A DNA stretch of 64,000 nucleotides, taken from contig NC_086120.1 of the NCBI RefSeq assembly GCF_963921235.1, forward strand, positions 186,001-250,000. Reading direction: 5' to 3'. The stretch comes from Mobula hypostoma. Taxonomy: Eukaryota. Both the position numbers and the translations under genes were made by a program. How positions within the stretch are numbered: position 1 is the stretch's first letter; each line of letters opens with the position of its first letter. A model generated the notes under the pieces. The model was not told the origin of the DNA. It searched no databases and saw only the letters and a list, made by a program, of their open reading frames with translations. This document shows positions 1-13,180 of this stretch, piece by piece.

Positions 1-470
1 AATGGCATGAAGCGAAGAAGCAATTACCATTAATTTATATGGGAAAAATTTTTGAGTGTTCCCAGACCCAAATAATAACCTAACAAATCATACTAAATAA
101 CACATAAAACCAAAAAACAAATAACAATAACATATAGTAAAAGCAGGGATGATTTGATAAGTACACAGCCTATATAAAGTAGAAATAATGTATGCACAGT
201 ATAGTCCGGAAGAAGAAGGCAAAACCGATATGTGGGAAAAAAAATCGGCACGTACGCACATGCGCACGGCTTCATGGTCATGGTAGTCTTTCCTGGGGTA
301 AAGTGTCTCGGGATTTCGGAGTGCGAAAATTGGCAACCCTAACTATAATAGACATGTTGAGGTAAGTTTAACCCTACTTGAACATCCCCCCCCGCCACTG
401 GTCGGCTGGTCCGCAAGAATATTGTCAATATTAAACCGGTCCGCAGTGCAAAAAAGGTTGGGGACCCCTG
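1..470. mobile_element. One end of a hAT (Charlie-like) DNA transposon derivative
   Basis: Ends in GGTTGGGGACCCCTG (reverse complement of the CAGGGGTCCCCAACC TIR type), followed by the hAT-like 8-mer CTTTAGAT; other end outside the window. Confidence 0.6.
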
Positions 471-855
471 CTTTAGATCACCGACTGTGACCACAACAAA
501 GGGGGCCGTTCTTCTGTGGTGGAATTATCAACCCAGGTGAGGGTCGGACACACGAATAACTCCCCACCGGTCACACCCTTTTCACACTGCGAGAGCCACT
601 GATCGATCCACATGATCGATCCTCCAAAACCCACCTTTTCTGTGGGCACAACAAAGCTCATTCAGTGTCCAAAACCATGTGCCTGTAGGTCGAACAGCTG
701 ACCTATTTATCTCACCGTGCTGAACACCAGCTGTCCATCAAGTAGCTCCTCCCTTCTCTCTGTGTAAGAACTTAGAAGCTGCCAGTGTCCATGCAGAAGT
801 GTAAACATGCTGCAGAGAAACCATAACGTTATCTCAAAGCAGTCTTCACCTCTCT

Positions 856-2490
856 CTCTCTTAATATATTCTGCCATCTATTTGACCTACCAAAATGAAC
901 CATCTCACACTTATCTGGGTTGAACTCCATCTGCCACTTCTTTGCCCAGTTTTGCAACCTATCGATGTCCCACTGTAACCTCTGACAGCCCTCCACACTA
1001 TCCACAACACCCCTAACCTTTGCGTCATCAGCAAATTCACTAACCCATCCTTCCACTTCCTCATCCAGGTCATTTATAAAAATCACAAAGAGAAGAGGTC
1101 CCAGAACAGATCCCTGAGACACACCACTGGTCATCAACCTCCAAGCAGAATATGACCTGTCTATAACCACTCCCTGCCTTCTGGGGGCAAGCCAATTCAG
1201 AATCCACAAAGCAAGGTCCCCTTGGATCCCATGCCTCCTTACTCTCTCAATATGCCTTGCATGGGGTACCTTATCTGAAATCCATATACACTACATCTAC
1301 TGCTCTACCTTCATCAATGTGTTAAGTCACATCCACAAAAAATTCAATCAGGCACAACCTGCTTTTGACAAATCCATGCTGGCTATTCCTAATCATATTA
1401 TGCCTCTCCAAATTTTCATAAATCCTGCCTCTCAGGATCTTCTCCATCAATTTATCAACCACTGAAGTTAGACTCACTGGTCTATAATTTCCTAGGCTAT
1501 CTCTACTCTCTTTCTTGAATAAGGGAACAACATCTGCAACCCTCCTATCCTCCAAAACCTCTCCTGACCCACTGATGATGCAAAGATCATTGCCAGATCT
1601 CCTCCCTCGACTCCCACAGTAGACTGGGGTACATCTCATCCAGTCCCAGTGACTTATCCAGCTAGGTGCTTTCCAAAAGCTCTAGCACATCCTCTTTCTT
1701 AATGTCTAAATGCTCAAGCTTTTCAGTCCACTGTAAGTCATCCCTACAATCACCAAGGTCCTTTCCCGTAGTGAATACTGAAGCAAAGTATTCATTTAGT
1801 ACCTCCACTATATACTCCAGTTTCCACTGTCACACTTGATTTTTCTCACGTCTTACCCTTTCGCTTTTTCACATACTTGTACAATGCCTTGACGTTTTCT
1901 TTAATCCTGCTCGCCAAGGCCTTCTCATGGCCCCTTCTGGCTCTCCTAATTTCATTCTTAAGCTCCTTCCTGCTAGCCTTATAATTTTCTAGATCTCTAT
2001 CATTACGTAGTTTTTTGAACCTTTGGTAAGCGTTTCCTTTCTTTTTGACTAGATTTTCAACAGCCTTTGTACGACATGATTCCTGTATCCTACCATCCTT
2101 TCCCTGTCTCTTTGGAATGTCCCTATGCAGAAATCCACGCAAATATCCCCTGAACATTTGCCACATTTCTGCCGTACATTTCCCTGAGAACATTTGTTCC
2201 CAATTTATGCTTCCAAGTTCCTGCTTGATAGCTTCATATTTCCCCTTACTTCATTTAAAAACTTTCCTAACTTGTCTCTTCCTATCCCTCTCCAATGCTA
2301 TGGTAAAGGAGATAGAATTGTGATCACTATCTCCAAAATGCTCCCCCAGCAGGTTCATTTCCCAAAACCAGATCAAGTACAGCCTCTCCTCATGTAGGGT
2401 TTTCTACATATTGTGTCAGGAAACCTTCCTGAACACACTTAACAAACCCTACCCCATCTAAACCTCTTGCTCTAGGGAGATGCCAATCGA
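856..2490 (-). mobile_element. CR1-type LINE, decayed ORF2 (RT) fragment
   Basis: ORF pieces NYRPVSLTSVVDKLMEKI, SGVSQGSVLGPLLFVIFINDLD, FADDAK, WQMEFNPDKC; frameshifted. Confidence 0.88.
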
Positions 2491-2492
2491 CT

Positions 2493-3810
2493 ACAAGGCA
2501 TAGGCACAGAGTTAGGTCATTTGGCCCATCGAGTCTGCTCCACTATTCCATCATGGCTGATTTATTATTCCTCTCAACCACATTCTCCTGTCTTCTCCCC
2601 ATAAACTTGAACACCCTTACTAATCAAAAACCTATCAAGCTCCGCTTTAAAAAAAATTCAATAATTTGGTCTCCACAGCAATCCATGGCAATGAATTCCA
2701 CAGATTCACTACCAGCCAATTAAAGAAATTCCTCATCTCTGTTCTAAATGGATGTTTTTCTATTCTAAGGGCGTGCCCTCTGGTGCTCAACTCCCCAAAT
2801 GCAAGAAAAATCCTCTCCACATCCACTTTATCTAGGCCTTCCAATATTCAATAGGTTTCAGAGAGCCTCTCATTCTTCTAAACTCCAGTGAATATAGGCC
2901 TGGAGTCATCAAACACTCCTCGTATGTTAACCCTTCCATGCTGAATCATTCTCATGTACCTCCTCTGGACACCATCCAAAGCCAGCAAATCTTTTCCTGC
3001 TAAGGAACCCAAAACTACTAACAACACTCCTAACGCAGTATGACAAATGCCTAATAAAGCCTCAACATGACACCATCGCGAAATGAATGCTAATACTGCA
3101 TTTGCCTTCCAATTCAAAAAGAATCTTGCAGGATTCCCAAATTTCTTTGCACCTCTAATTTTTGAATTTTTCGCCTCTAATTTTCTGCACCTCTGATTTT
3201 AGAAAATAGCCCACATGGTTAATCTTTCCACTAAACTGCATAAACGCATATATATATATATTCCATCTGCCACTTGAATTCTCCCAATCTGTCAAAGTCC
3301 TTTTGCAGCCCCCCTGCTTCATCAACACTACTGCCCCTCCTTCGTACTTCATACTTTGACAGTTCTTCACAAATATGGACACAAAGCCATCAATTAAGTC
3401 ATCCAAATCATTTGTATGTAATATGAAAAGAAACAGTACCAACACCAACCCCTGTAGAACATCACTGGCAGCCAACCAGAAAAGGCCCCCTTTATTCACA
3501 CTCTTGCCAGTCAATCTTCTATCCAAGCAATATACAAAATGCTAGAGGAACTCCAGCATTTTGCGTGTGATGCTTGGATTTCCAGTATCTGTAGATTTTC
3601 TCTTGTTTGTGAATGAATCTTCTGTCCATTCTATTATCTTTCCTGTAATACCACATGCTTTTAACCTTGTTCAACAGCTTCACGTGCAGCGCCTTATCAA
3701 AAGCCTCAGTAAATCCAAGTAAACAACATCCACTGACTCTCCTTTGTCCACTCTGCCTATTATTTCCTCAAAGAATTCTAACAGATTTATCAAGCAAGAT
3801 TTTCCCTCAA
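2493..3810 (-). mobile_element. CR1-type LINE 3' portion, decayed
   Basis: GLDKVDVERIF...TRGHALRI...VVNLWNSLP; CR1 3' UTR near 2493-2650. Confidence 0.8.
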
Positions 3811-4902
3811 GACCACCAGGATTTTCCCACCAGATGGCATGCATTTGAGGTAAGAGGGGATAAGTTCAAAGAAGATGTGAGGGGCAAGTTGGGCAAGTGT
3901 TTTTTTTTAATTTTTTTTTACACACACAGTGAGTGGTGGGTACCTGGAATGCACTACCTAGGGTGGTGAGACTTTTACCAGACATTTAGATAGGCACATG
4001 AATGTGAAGAATATGGGCATTATGGAGGCAGAAGGCCAATTTAGTTGGCTATTTAATAACTAATTTAATTGGTTTGGCACAACATTGTAGGTCGAAAGGC
4101 TTGTTCCTGAGCTGTACTGTTCTATGTTCTACATTGCTACTGCTTTTCTCTTGTACTACCTCAAAGTATTTATGTTTTGAAATCATCTGTATGAATAGCA
4201 TGCAAACCTATGCTTTTCACAGTACCTCAGTACATGTGACAATAATAAATCAATACTAATATCAACTGGATCATGCCAACTATGGTACCCACTACTGTGT
4301 TTAGCCTATTCCCTCTAAACTTCTATCCATGTAATCACCCAAAAGTATTTTAAACACTATTGTCACTGCCTCAACTGGGAGGTGCGCAAATGCATAGCAA
4401 TATAAGGAAACCTTACTCTTTAGGAAGTTGCAATGGAGAACTATTGCACCAATACCCTCTTATAATCAAAATCTGCCAATGCACCAACTATTTTATCCTC
4501 CCTAGGACAGGATGAAGAATACATGATTGGTATACCAGTGTTGCAGAAAGATAAAGTGCTTCTTCTGAATTCCTATAGGTCACAGGTACAGGTCTTCTGA
4601 CAATGCATGCCCTTATTTAAATCAAGTTACCCTGAAACACATTGCTGTGTACCTGCCAACCTTCTATATGTACAACTCATGCACTTTTTAATATGGCTTC
4701 CAATCAGCACTTCAGTATTAAATCTTCAACAATTGCAAACATTTTCAAATTATGGAAAATACCATGTGATAAGAAATGCATTTTAAATTAAAAGGGGAAA
4801 AAGAGCTCACAGCAAACAGGGGGAGGAACAGTTCTTGCTGACCTTTCATGTCTTGTGGTAATTTCTACGAACAGCCCATTCTAATTGATGACAATACTGT
4901 AC

Positions 4903-5246
4903 CTAGAGGTTCCTGATGGTTGGTCTGGTCAATGTCACAGGTAATGACCTCATCAATTTCTGAATTGCTGCTGGAGCCTCCATCACTAGAGCTGCCAATC
5001 CACTGTGGAGTGCATTTGCTGTGGATCATAACCTCCCTCGACCTGCGCATTCGCTGCATCTGTTCTTTCTGTTGCTGGGTCCTCTGACACTTCTTCAAGC
5101 GAAGGAGCTTTCGAGAGGATGAGCTAACTGCCTTAATATTGAACTTGCCGGTTTTGACATTTTGGGTCCCAGAAGATGAGGCAATCCCAGCCACGTTTTC
5201 CTGATGTTCTTCTCTAATCCTCGCCGATGGGCTACCATCTGGGAGC
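4903..5246 (-). CDS. Arkadia-family protein, second coding exon; gene probably continues left of the window
   Basis: Acceptor tgatctttttcag|G is phase-2 compatible with the previous exon (AG+G = Arg). QRTQQQKEQMQRMRRSREV resembles RNF111 QRTQKQKERILMQRKKREV, followed by a Ser/acidic tract and NHQ. Donor CTAG|GTACAG (phase 1, inside a Gly codon). Confidence 0.78.
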
Positions 5247-5886
5247 CTGAAAAAGATCAAATAATTTCATATAATTATCCAAATTAGACAAAATTGCATA
5301 AAAAGAGCCAAAGACAAAATCACCCATAAAACCATGATGGCTTTTGGGTTCAATATTTCCAGGGAATAGGGTTTTTTTAGAATGGTACTTACATAATGAA
5401 AAAGGCTTAATTAATAATCTGGCAGTTTAGGAGCAATTATCAAACAGTGACATGATGATGTTGTGCACTTGGATGACTCAGGGGCAGGAATAGCTGCTCA
5501 GTGTACCAGGCTTTAGATGTTTCAAAAAGGACAGGGAGGGAGGCAAAAAAGGTGGGGGCGTGGCAATGTTAATCAGGGATGGTGTCATGACTGTAGAAAG
5601 GGAGAAAGTCATGGAGGGATTATCTACTGAGTAGTGTGGGTGGAAGTCAAAACAGGAAGGAGGCAATAACTCCGCTGGGTGTTTTTTATAGAACCCCCCC
5701 CCCCCCCCAAATAGTAACAGAGACATCAAGCAGCAGATAGGGAGGTAGATTCTGGAATGACGCAACAATAATAGGTTTGTTGTGATGGGTGATTTTAACT
5801 TTTCTAACATTGACTGACATCTTCTTAGAGCAAGGGATGGAGTTTGTTGGATGTGGAAGATTTCCTTATGCAATATGTAGATAAGG

Positions 5887-6088
5887 AACACTCACAACAC
5901 GCTGGAGGAACTCAGCAGGTCGGGCATCATCTGTGGAAAAGATCGGTCGACGTTTCGGGCCGGAACCCTTTGTCAGTTCCGGCCCAAAACGTCAACCGAT
6001 CTTTTCCACGGACGCTGCCCGACTTGCTGAGATCCTCCAGCGTGTTGTGAGTGTTGCTTTGACCCCAGCATCTGCAGATTATTTTGTG
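5887..6088. mobile_element. 202-bp fold-back Penelope-like terminal insertion with degenerate hammerhead motif
   Basis: Inverted repeat 5887-6055 plus a 33-nt tail; perfect TSD ATGTAGATAAGG at 5875-5886 and 6089-6100. Confidence 0.82.
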
Positions 6089-7399
6089 ATGTAGATAAGG
6101 AGAGGCTGTACATGATCTGGTATTGGGAAATGAACCTGGACAGGTGTCAGATCTCTCAGTGGGAGAGCATTTTAGAGCTAGTGATCACAACTCTATCTCC
6201 TTTAGTGCTGGAGAGGGATATCAGCAAACATTTCATTGGAGTAGGGGGAAATAACATGATATTACGCAGGAACTTGGTTGCATAAATTGGGAACAGATAT
6301 TTTCAGGAAAATGCACAGTAGAAATGTGGCAAATCTTCAGGGAACTTTTGCATGGCATTCTGAAGCGGGGAAAGGACGGTAGGGTAAAGGAACCATGGTG
6401 TACAAAAGATGTAGAAAATCAAGTTAAAAAGAAAAGCTCACAAAAGGTTCAAGAAGCTAGGTACTGATAGAGTTCCAGAAAATTACAGGGTTGCCAGGAA
6501 GGAGCTTAAGAATGAAATTAGGAGAGCTGGAGGGGGCCATGAGGAGGCTTTGGCAAGCAGGATTAAGGAAAACCCCAAAGAATTCTACAAATATGTGAAG
6601 AGCAAAATGACGAGCCATGTGAGAATAGGAGCAATCAGGTGCAACAGTGGAAACGTGTGCATGGAATCTGAGGAGGAGCTGAGGTACTTAATGAATACTT
6701 TGCTTCAATATTCACTAGGGCAATTGTGGGGATGACTTAGTAGACTGAAGCACTTGAGCATATAGACATTAAGAAAAAGGATGTGCTAGAGCTTTTGAAA
6801 AGCATTGTCCAGACAAGATATACCCAGGCTACTGTAGGAAGTGAGGGAGGAGATTGCTGAGCCTCTGGCGATGATCTTTGCATCATCAATAGAAACAGGA
6901 GAAGTACCAGAGGATTGGAGGGTTCCAAATGCTGTTCCTTTGTTTAAGAAAGGGAGTAGAGATAACTCAGGAAATTATAGACCAGTGAGTCTTACTTCAG
7001 TAGTGGGCAAGTTGTTGGAGAAGATCCCGAGAAGCAGGATTTATGAGCATTTGAAGAAACATAACCTGATTAGGGATAGCCAGCATGGCTTCGTCAAGGG
7101 CAAGTCATGCCTAATGAACCTAATTGAATTCTCTGAGGATGTAACAAAACACATTGATGAAGGAGAGCAGTGGATGTAGTGCATATGGATTTCAGTAAGG
7201 CATTTGATAAGGCTCTGGGCCTATACTCGCTGAAAATTAGAAGGTTGGCGATGGAGGGGGGGGCGGGTGGGGAAGAATCTCATTGAAATCTATTGAATAC
7301 TGAATAGGCCATGAAGAGGATGTTTCCTATAGTGGAGGATTCTTGGACCACAAGGCACAGCCTCAGAATAAAAGAACATTCCTTTAGAATGGAGATGAG

Positions 7400-9085
7400 C
7401 TGTATCAACACAAGTTTAGCACATATAGAGGATGAATTAACCAATTGAAGAATTTTTTCCCATTTTTCAATCGGTATAATAATCTTAAATTCTCTTTCCC
7501 AATCAGCCTTAATTTTATTGGAAACATCAGGACATAAATTCATAATTATATTATATATAATTGCTACAACACTTTTCTGAGAGAGATTTAGATCTAAAAT
7601 TTTTTCCAAAGTATCCATTGGATCTGAGTGTGGAAAATTAGGAGAAACAGTAATTAAAAAGTTTCTAATCTGTAGATATCTAAAAAAGTGAGATCTGGGT
7701 AAGTTATATTTATTAGAAAGTCGATCAAAAGACATGAAACAATTATCCAAACATAAATCATGAAAACGTACTATACCTTTGGTTTTCCAATCAAAGTAAG
7801 CTTGATCCATAGTGGAAGGTTGAAAAAGGAAATTAGATATAATAGGACTTGCTAAAATAAATTGATTAAACCCAAAAAATCTTCGAAATTGAAACCATAT
7901 ACGTAAAGTATGCTTAACTATTGGATTATTCATTTGTTTATACAATTTAGAAGAAGTAAAAGGGAGCGAAGTTCCTAAAACCGAACCCAAAGAAAACCCT
8001 CGTAATGAATCATATTCAAGATTTACCCAATGTGGACTTAAAGATACATCCAAATCTCGTAACCAAAATTTTAAATATCGAATATTAATTACCCAATAAT
8101 AGAATCTAAAATTCGGGAGGGCGAGCCCCCCACTCCTTTTTAGATTTCTGTAAATAACTTTTACCTAACCTAGGATTTTTGTTCTGCCATATATATGAGG
8201 AAATTTTTGAATCAACATTATCAAAAAAAGTAGTGCACCGGGCTCATATGTCCAAAGATAAACTATCTTGTCATTATTCTTATATTAATCCAATATGTGA
8301 TAGATGTCACTCCGAGATAGCTTCTTTAACTCACATGTTTTGGTCATGTCCTTCGTTGGAAAAATATTGGAAAGATATTTTTGATATTATTTCAACAGTT
8401 TTGAATACAGACTTACAACCTCATCCAATTACTGCTATCTTTGGATTACCAATGATAGACTCAAATTATCTAACCTCTCCAGCACGCCGGATGATTGCAT
8501 TTCTTACTTTAATGGCTAGAAGATCCATTTTGCTGAATTGGAAAGAGATTAACCCTCCTACTGTATTTCATTGGTTTTCACAAACTATGTTGTGTTTGAA
8601 TTTGGAAAAAATTAGAAGTGTGGTTTATGACCCTTCCATTAAATTTGAAAAAACTTGGAGGCCATTCATACAGCATTTTCAAATGATGTAATTTGACCAT
8701 TTCCAAACTTATTTTATTTCTCTGTACTGTTGGTTGAGAGGAATGGAGTCGTCAACCCTAAGGTTTTCTTCTCTTCCATTTTTAAGTTGTTAGAATTGCC
8801 CAAGTCTTTTAGTTTAGTTGACGAATTCTATTTAATTTAGTTTTTTTTTGGGGTGGGGTTTGTTTTTTTTTCTAATTTTTTTTTCTTTTTCATGATTTTT
8901 CTCCAGTTTTTTTTTGTCCCGTATTATTCATTGTTATCCTACACGATTGGGAGTTTTATCAATTTATAATATTTGGTCTTACAATTACTCATTTTAATTA
9001 CAACAATGTATCTCCTACTATCTGTATTATTGCTATGTTATGTTTATATTTTATGAAACTAATAAAAAGATTGAAAAAGAAAGAA
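7400..9085 (+). mobile_element. 5'-truncated, 5'-inverted L1-clade LINE
   Basis: TSD AGAATGGAGATGAG at 7386-7399 and 9086-9099. Inverted ORF2 part 7400-~8226 (-). Sense part ~8227-9085 has the CCHC knuckle (CDRC..HMFWSC), AATAAA and a (GAAA)n tail. Confidence 0.9.
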
Positions 9086-9614
9086 AGAATGGAGATGAGA
9101 AGGCATCTCTTTAGCTAGAGGATGGTGAATCTGTAGAAATCACTGCCACAGCTATGAAGCCAAGTCATTGGGTATATTTAAAGCAGAGGTTTATAGGTTC
9201 TTGATAAATAAGGGTGTCGAAGGTTACAGGACAACGCAAGAGAGTGGGATTGAGAGGAATAATAAATCACATATGATGAAATGGCGGGGAAGACTTAATG
9301 GGCCAAATGGCCTTATTTTGCTCCTCTGTCTTATGGTCATTTTCAAGTTGGAATTCTGTAGTCAGTGTAATATTGTACAGACAGATACTAGACCCCAGCT
9401 ATTCCTATATTACAAATTTCATTGAGGGAACCCACCCAAATGAAAATGCAAATGAATGAAAATACACCCAAAATAAAATGCAGGTGATCCACATATTGAG
9501 ACCTCTTAGAAAACAGGCTGTATCACAACTTTATATTATGCAAAGGCACATCATCTGTGCATGGATGAAGTAACAAGAGTTGAAAAAATGACCTACTCCT
9601 TCCCACCCCACACA

Positions 9615-12400
9615 CTTTGAGACCACTGACCATTGTTCTATTAGTTTTAAATTAGTTATGGAAAGGGACAGATCTGGTCCAAATCAAAGTACTAAATAAG
9701 GGCAAGTCAAAGTACTAAATACTTCAAATAATACAAAGTACTATTAGACAGGAGCTTGCAGAAGGTGACAGAAGTAGGTTGTTTGCAGGCAAAGAGACAT
9801 CTGGCAAGTGGGAGGTTTTTAAAAAGTAAGGTAGAAAGTTCAATATCTGCATGTTCCTGTTAGAATGACAGACAAGGTTGGCAGTAGGGAACCCTGGATG
9901 AAGGGGAATATTAAGGTTCTGCTCAGGAGAAAGAAGGCATGGATCAGGTACAAGCAGCCAAGCTCAAGTGAATCCCTGGAGTACAGCAGATGTAGGAATA
10001 CACTCAAGAAGGAAATTAGGAGGTCTAAAACTACTCTCGATCCTCCAAATGAGGTCTCACCAGTGCTTTATAAAGCCCCAGCATTACACCTTTGTTTTTA
10101 TATTCTAGTTCTTTTGAAATCAATGCTAACTTTACCAAGACATTTGACAAGGCCCTGCATAGGAGGTTGGTCAAAAAGGTTCAGTTGCTTGGGATTCAAG
10201 GTGAGGTAGAAAATTGGATCAGACATTGGCTTTGAGAGAGAAGCTAGAGAGTGGGGGTAGATGGTTGTCTCTCTGACTGGATTTGGTGTTGTGTAATGAA
10301 CCAGATTTGATTAGGGAGGTAAGGTAAAAGAACCCCATTATAATAGAATTCTTCCTCAAGTTTGACAAGGAGAAGCTAAAGTCAGATATATCAGTATTAA
10401 GTGGAGTAAAGGGAATTACAGTGCATCACAGAAGAGCTGGCCAAAATTGACTGGAAGGGGACACTAGCGGGGATTTTGGCAGAGCAGCAATGGCTGAAGT
10501 TTCTGGAAGCAATTCAGAAGGCACAGGATAGATATAAGAACTTGAAAGACACGATGACACAACCATTGCTGATAAGGGAAGTCACAGCCAACACAATGTG
10601 ACTAAACACCTTGATGAAGGTAGAGCAGTAGATGTAGTGTATATGGATTTCAACAAGACATAGAAACATAGAAAATAGGTGCAGGAGTAGGCCATTCAGC
10701 CCTTCAAGCCTGCACCACCATTCAGTGTACAAGGTACCCCAGGCAAGGCTTATTGAGAAAGTAAGGTGACATGGGGTCCAAGGGGACATTGCTTTCTGGA
10801 TCCAGAACCGGCTTGCCTGCAGAAGGCAAAGCGTGGCTGTAGATGGGTCATATTCTGCATGGAGTTCAGTGACCAGTGGTGTGCCTCAGGAATCTGTTTT
10901 GGGACCCCTACTTTCCATGATTTATACAAATGACCTGGATGAGGAAGTGGAGGGATGGGCGAGTAAATTTACTGATGACACAAGGGTTGGGGGTGTTGTG
11001 GATAGTGTGGAGGGCTGTCAGAGTTTACAGCAGGACATTGAAAGGGTGCGATACTGGGCTGAGAAGTGGAAGATGCAGTTCAACCCAGATAAGTGTGAGG
11101 TGGTTCATTTTGGTAGGTCAAATATGATGGCAGAATATAGTATTAATGGTAAGACTCTTGGCAGTGTGGAGGATCAGAGGGATCTGAAAAAGTTTAAGGG
11201 AATGGGGGATTCTCAGATCCCTGTAAACAATGAATTAAGTACTGACTGTGTCTGTGACTGCAGTGCGTTTGAATAATGTCTCACAGCTGCTTTCTTTCGA
11301 GCAAGATAAGAGTTAAAGTTCGCCCAGATCCACATGTCTCTGGGCTTTTCACACCTTTTGATTTTGACAAAAAGCAGTACCTGATGTAAATTAGACAGAA
11401 CATTCCTTTCTTAATTAAAGCATAAATTTGACAGATGTTCTTATCTTTCTAATTAAGTTGTGGCTCCAGCAAACCAGGTAGGACATTCCTTTATTTAATT
11501 AAGGTGGCTGGAGTGTCTAACAAATTGATTGTACTTTTGTATCGGTGGCCTTATAACTTCTGACAATTCTGACATCAGGCAGTGAACTTGTAGAACCGCT
11601 GGGGAGATGAGAATGATTCTCTCCCTGATGTCAGGTCCAAGTTCACTCGCCAGCTGAGCCAAAGAAATAAACGGGCGAAGAGATATGTAACAATCTTTTT
11701 GTGCTGTCGTTATTTGATCCAGCAAAGTTACGTTTACAGATTTTGGGGTCCGAGTCCATAGGACACTCAAAGCTGCTGCGCAGGCTGACTCCATGGTTAA
11801 GAAGGCATATGGTGCATTGGCCTTCAATCACGGGATTGAGTTTAAGAGCTGAGAGGTAACGTTGCAACTATATAGGACCCTGGTCAGACCTCACTTGGAG
11901 TACTGTGCTCAGTTCAGGTCACTTCACTACAGGAAGGATGTGGAAACCTTAGAAAGGGTGCAGAGGAGATTTACAAGGATGTTGCCTGGATTGGGGAGCA
12001 TGCCTTATGAGAACAGGTTGAGTGAACTCGGCCTTTTCTCCTTGGAGTGACAGAGGATGAGAGGTGACCTGATAGAGGTGTATAAGATGATGAGAGGCAC
12101 TGATCATATGGATAATCAGAGGCTTTTTCCCAGGGCTGAGAGGGCACAGTTTTAAGGTGCTTGGAAGTAGGTACAGAGGAGGTGTCAGAGATAAGTTTTT
12201 TTACACAGAGAGTGGTCAGTGCGTGGAATGGGCTGCTGGCGACAGTGGAGGCGGATACAATAGGGTCTTTTAAGAGACTCCATGGAGCTTAGAAAAATAG
12301 AAGGCTATGGTAAACCCAGGTAATTTCTAAGGTAAGGACTTGTTCGGCACAGCTCTTTGGGCCAAAGGGCCTGTATTGTGCTGCAAGTTTTCTATGTTTC
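9615..12400 (+). mobile_element. Cluster of decayed CR1 LINE fragments
   Basis: SGVPQESVLGPLL..NDLD..FTDDT; [30 protein letters not shown]; tail TTTCTATGTTTCTA near 12390. Confidence 0.85.
11185..11738 (+). mobile_element. Solo LTR (554 bp) inserted in CR1
   Basis: TG...CA termini; 4-bp TSD GATC/GATT; CR1 sequence resumes on both sides; AATAAA at 11666-11671. Confidence 0.7.
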
Positions 12401-12939
12401 TATAAAAGCAAAAGATAGAATATATAATAGAGAAAAAAATTAATGGGAAGTTAGAGTATTGGGAACCTTTTAAACACTTACAAAAGACAACTAAAAAAGC
12501 AACAAGAAGCAAAAAAGATTAAATATGAAGGCAAGCAAGCCAATAATATAAATGAGGATACCAAAGAATGGCCTAATTCTGCTCCAATGTGTTATGCTCT
12601 AATCTACAAAATGAGTGGAAAATTATGAAAACTTCATTGCCTTCCGTCTGTAACCAACCACTGCAATTTCGCTCACCAAGTTACAACAGACAATGTGTGT
12701 TCCAGTAGAAAGAACTCTCAAACGCTGTCATAAATGTGCTTGGAAGTAGCCTACAAGTGTCACAATGGTTATGGTGCCAATCTAGCATGGCCACAACTTA
12801 TTAACCCTACTGTAGTCTATGCATCTTTGGAATATCAGAGGAAACTCGTGGTCACAACAGAACATTCAAATTCCTTACTGACAATGATGGGAATTAACCC
12901 TGATTGTTCATCAGCAAACTTATTCCTCTTATTTACAGA

Positions 12940-13180
12940 TATTAGGTCATTTCAGCCCTATGAGCCACAGCATCCAACAACCCCCAATTTAACTCTGGCC
13001 GAATCAAAACCTAACTAACAATCACGAATTAGCCTAATAACCTGTACATCTTTGGACTGAGGAAGGAAAGCAGAGCACCTGGAGAAAACCCATACATTCC
13101 ACTTTGAGAACATACAAAACTCCTTACAGAGGATGCTGGGATTGAACTCCTGCTGTAATAGTGTCATGCCGTGGTGTCCT
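12940..13180 (-). mobile_element. V-SINE/HE1-like tRNA-derived SINE remnant
   Basis: Reverse-complement V-domain-like tract (TTTGGACTGAGGAAGGAAAGCAGAGCACCTGGAGAAAACCCA on +). Confidence 0.55.

Larger units (their letters stand above)
5475..9340 (+). mobile_element. CR1-type LINE (endonuclease to RT to 3' end), interrupted by a fold-back element (5887-6088) and an L1 (7400-9085)
   Basis: Endonuclease-region GDFN codons near 5790; ORF 6841..7179 VPEDWRVPNAVPLFKKG..NYRPVSLTSVVGKLLE; 3' end resumes after 9100. Confidence 0.85.

Noticed and set aside
471-855. Possible LTR fragment
   Set aside because: Termini and TSD cannot be established because it is cut by the neighbouring hAT element.
4240-4860. 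Next exon of the Arkadia-like gene (or a + strand exon near 4506-4585)
   Set aside because: No phase-compatible frame with SIM-like content found; the + strand candidate has no recognisable homology or partner exons.
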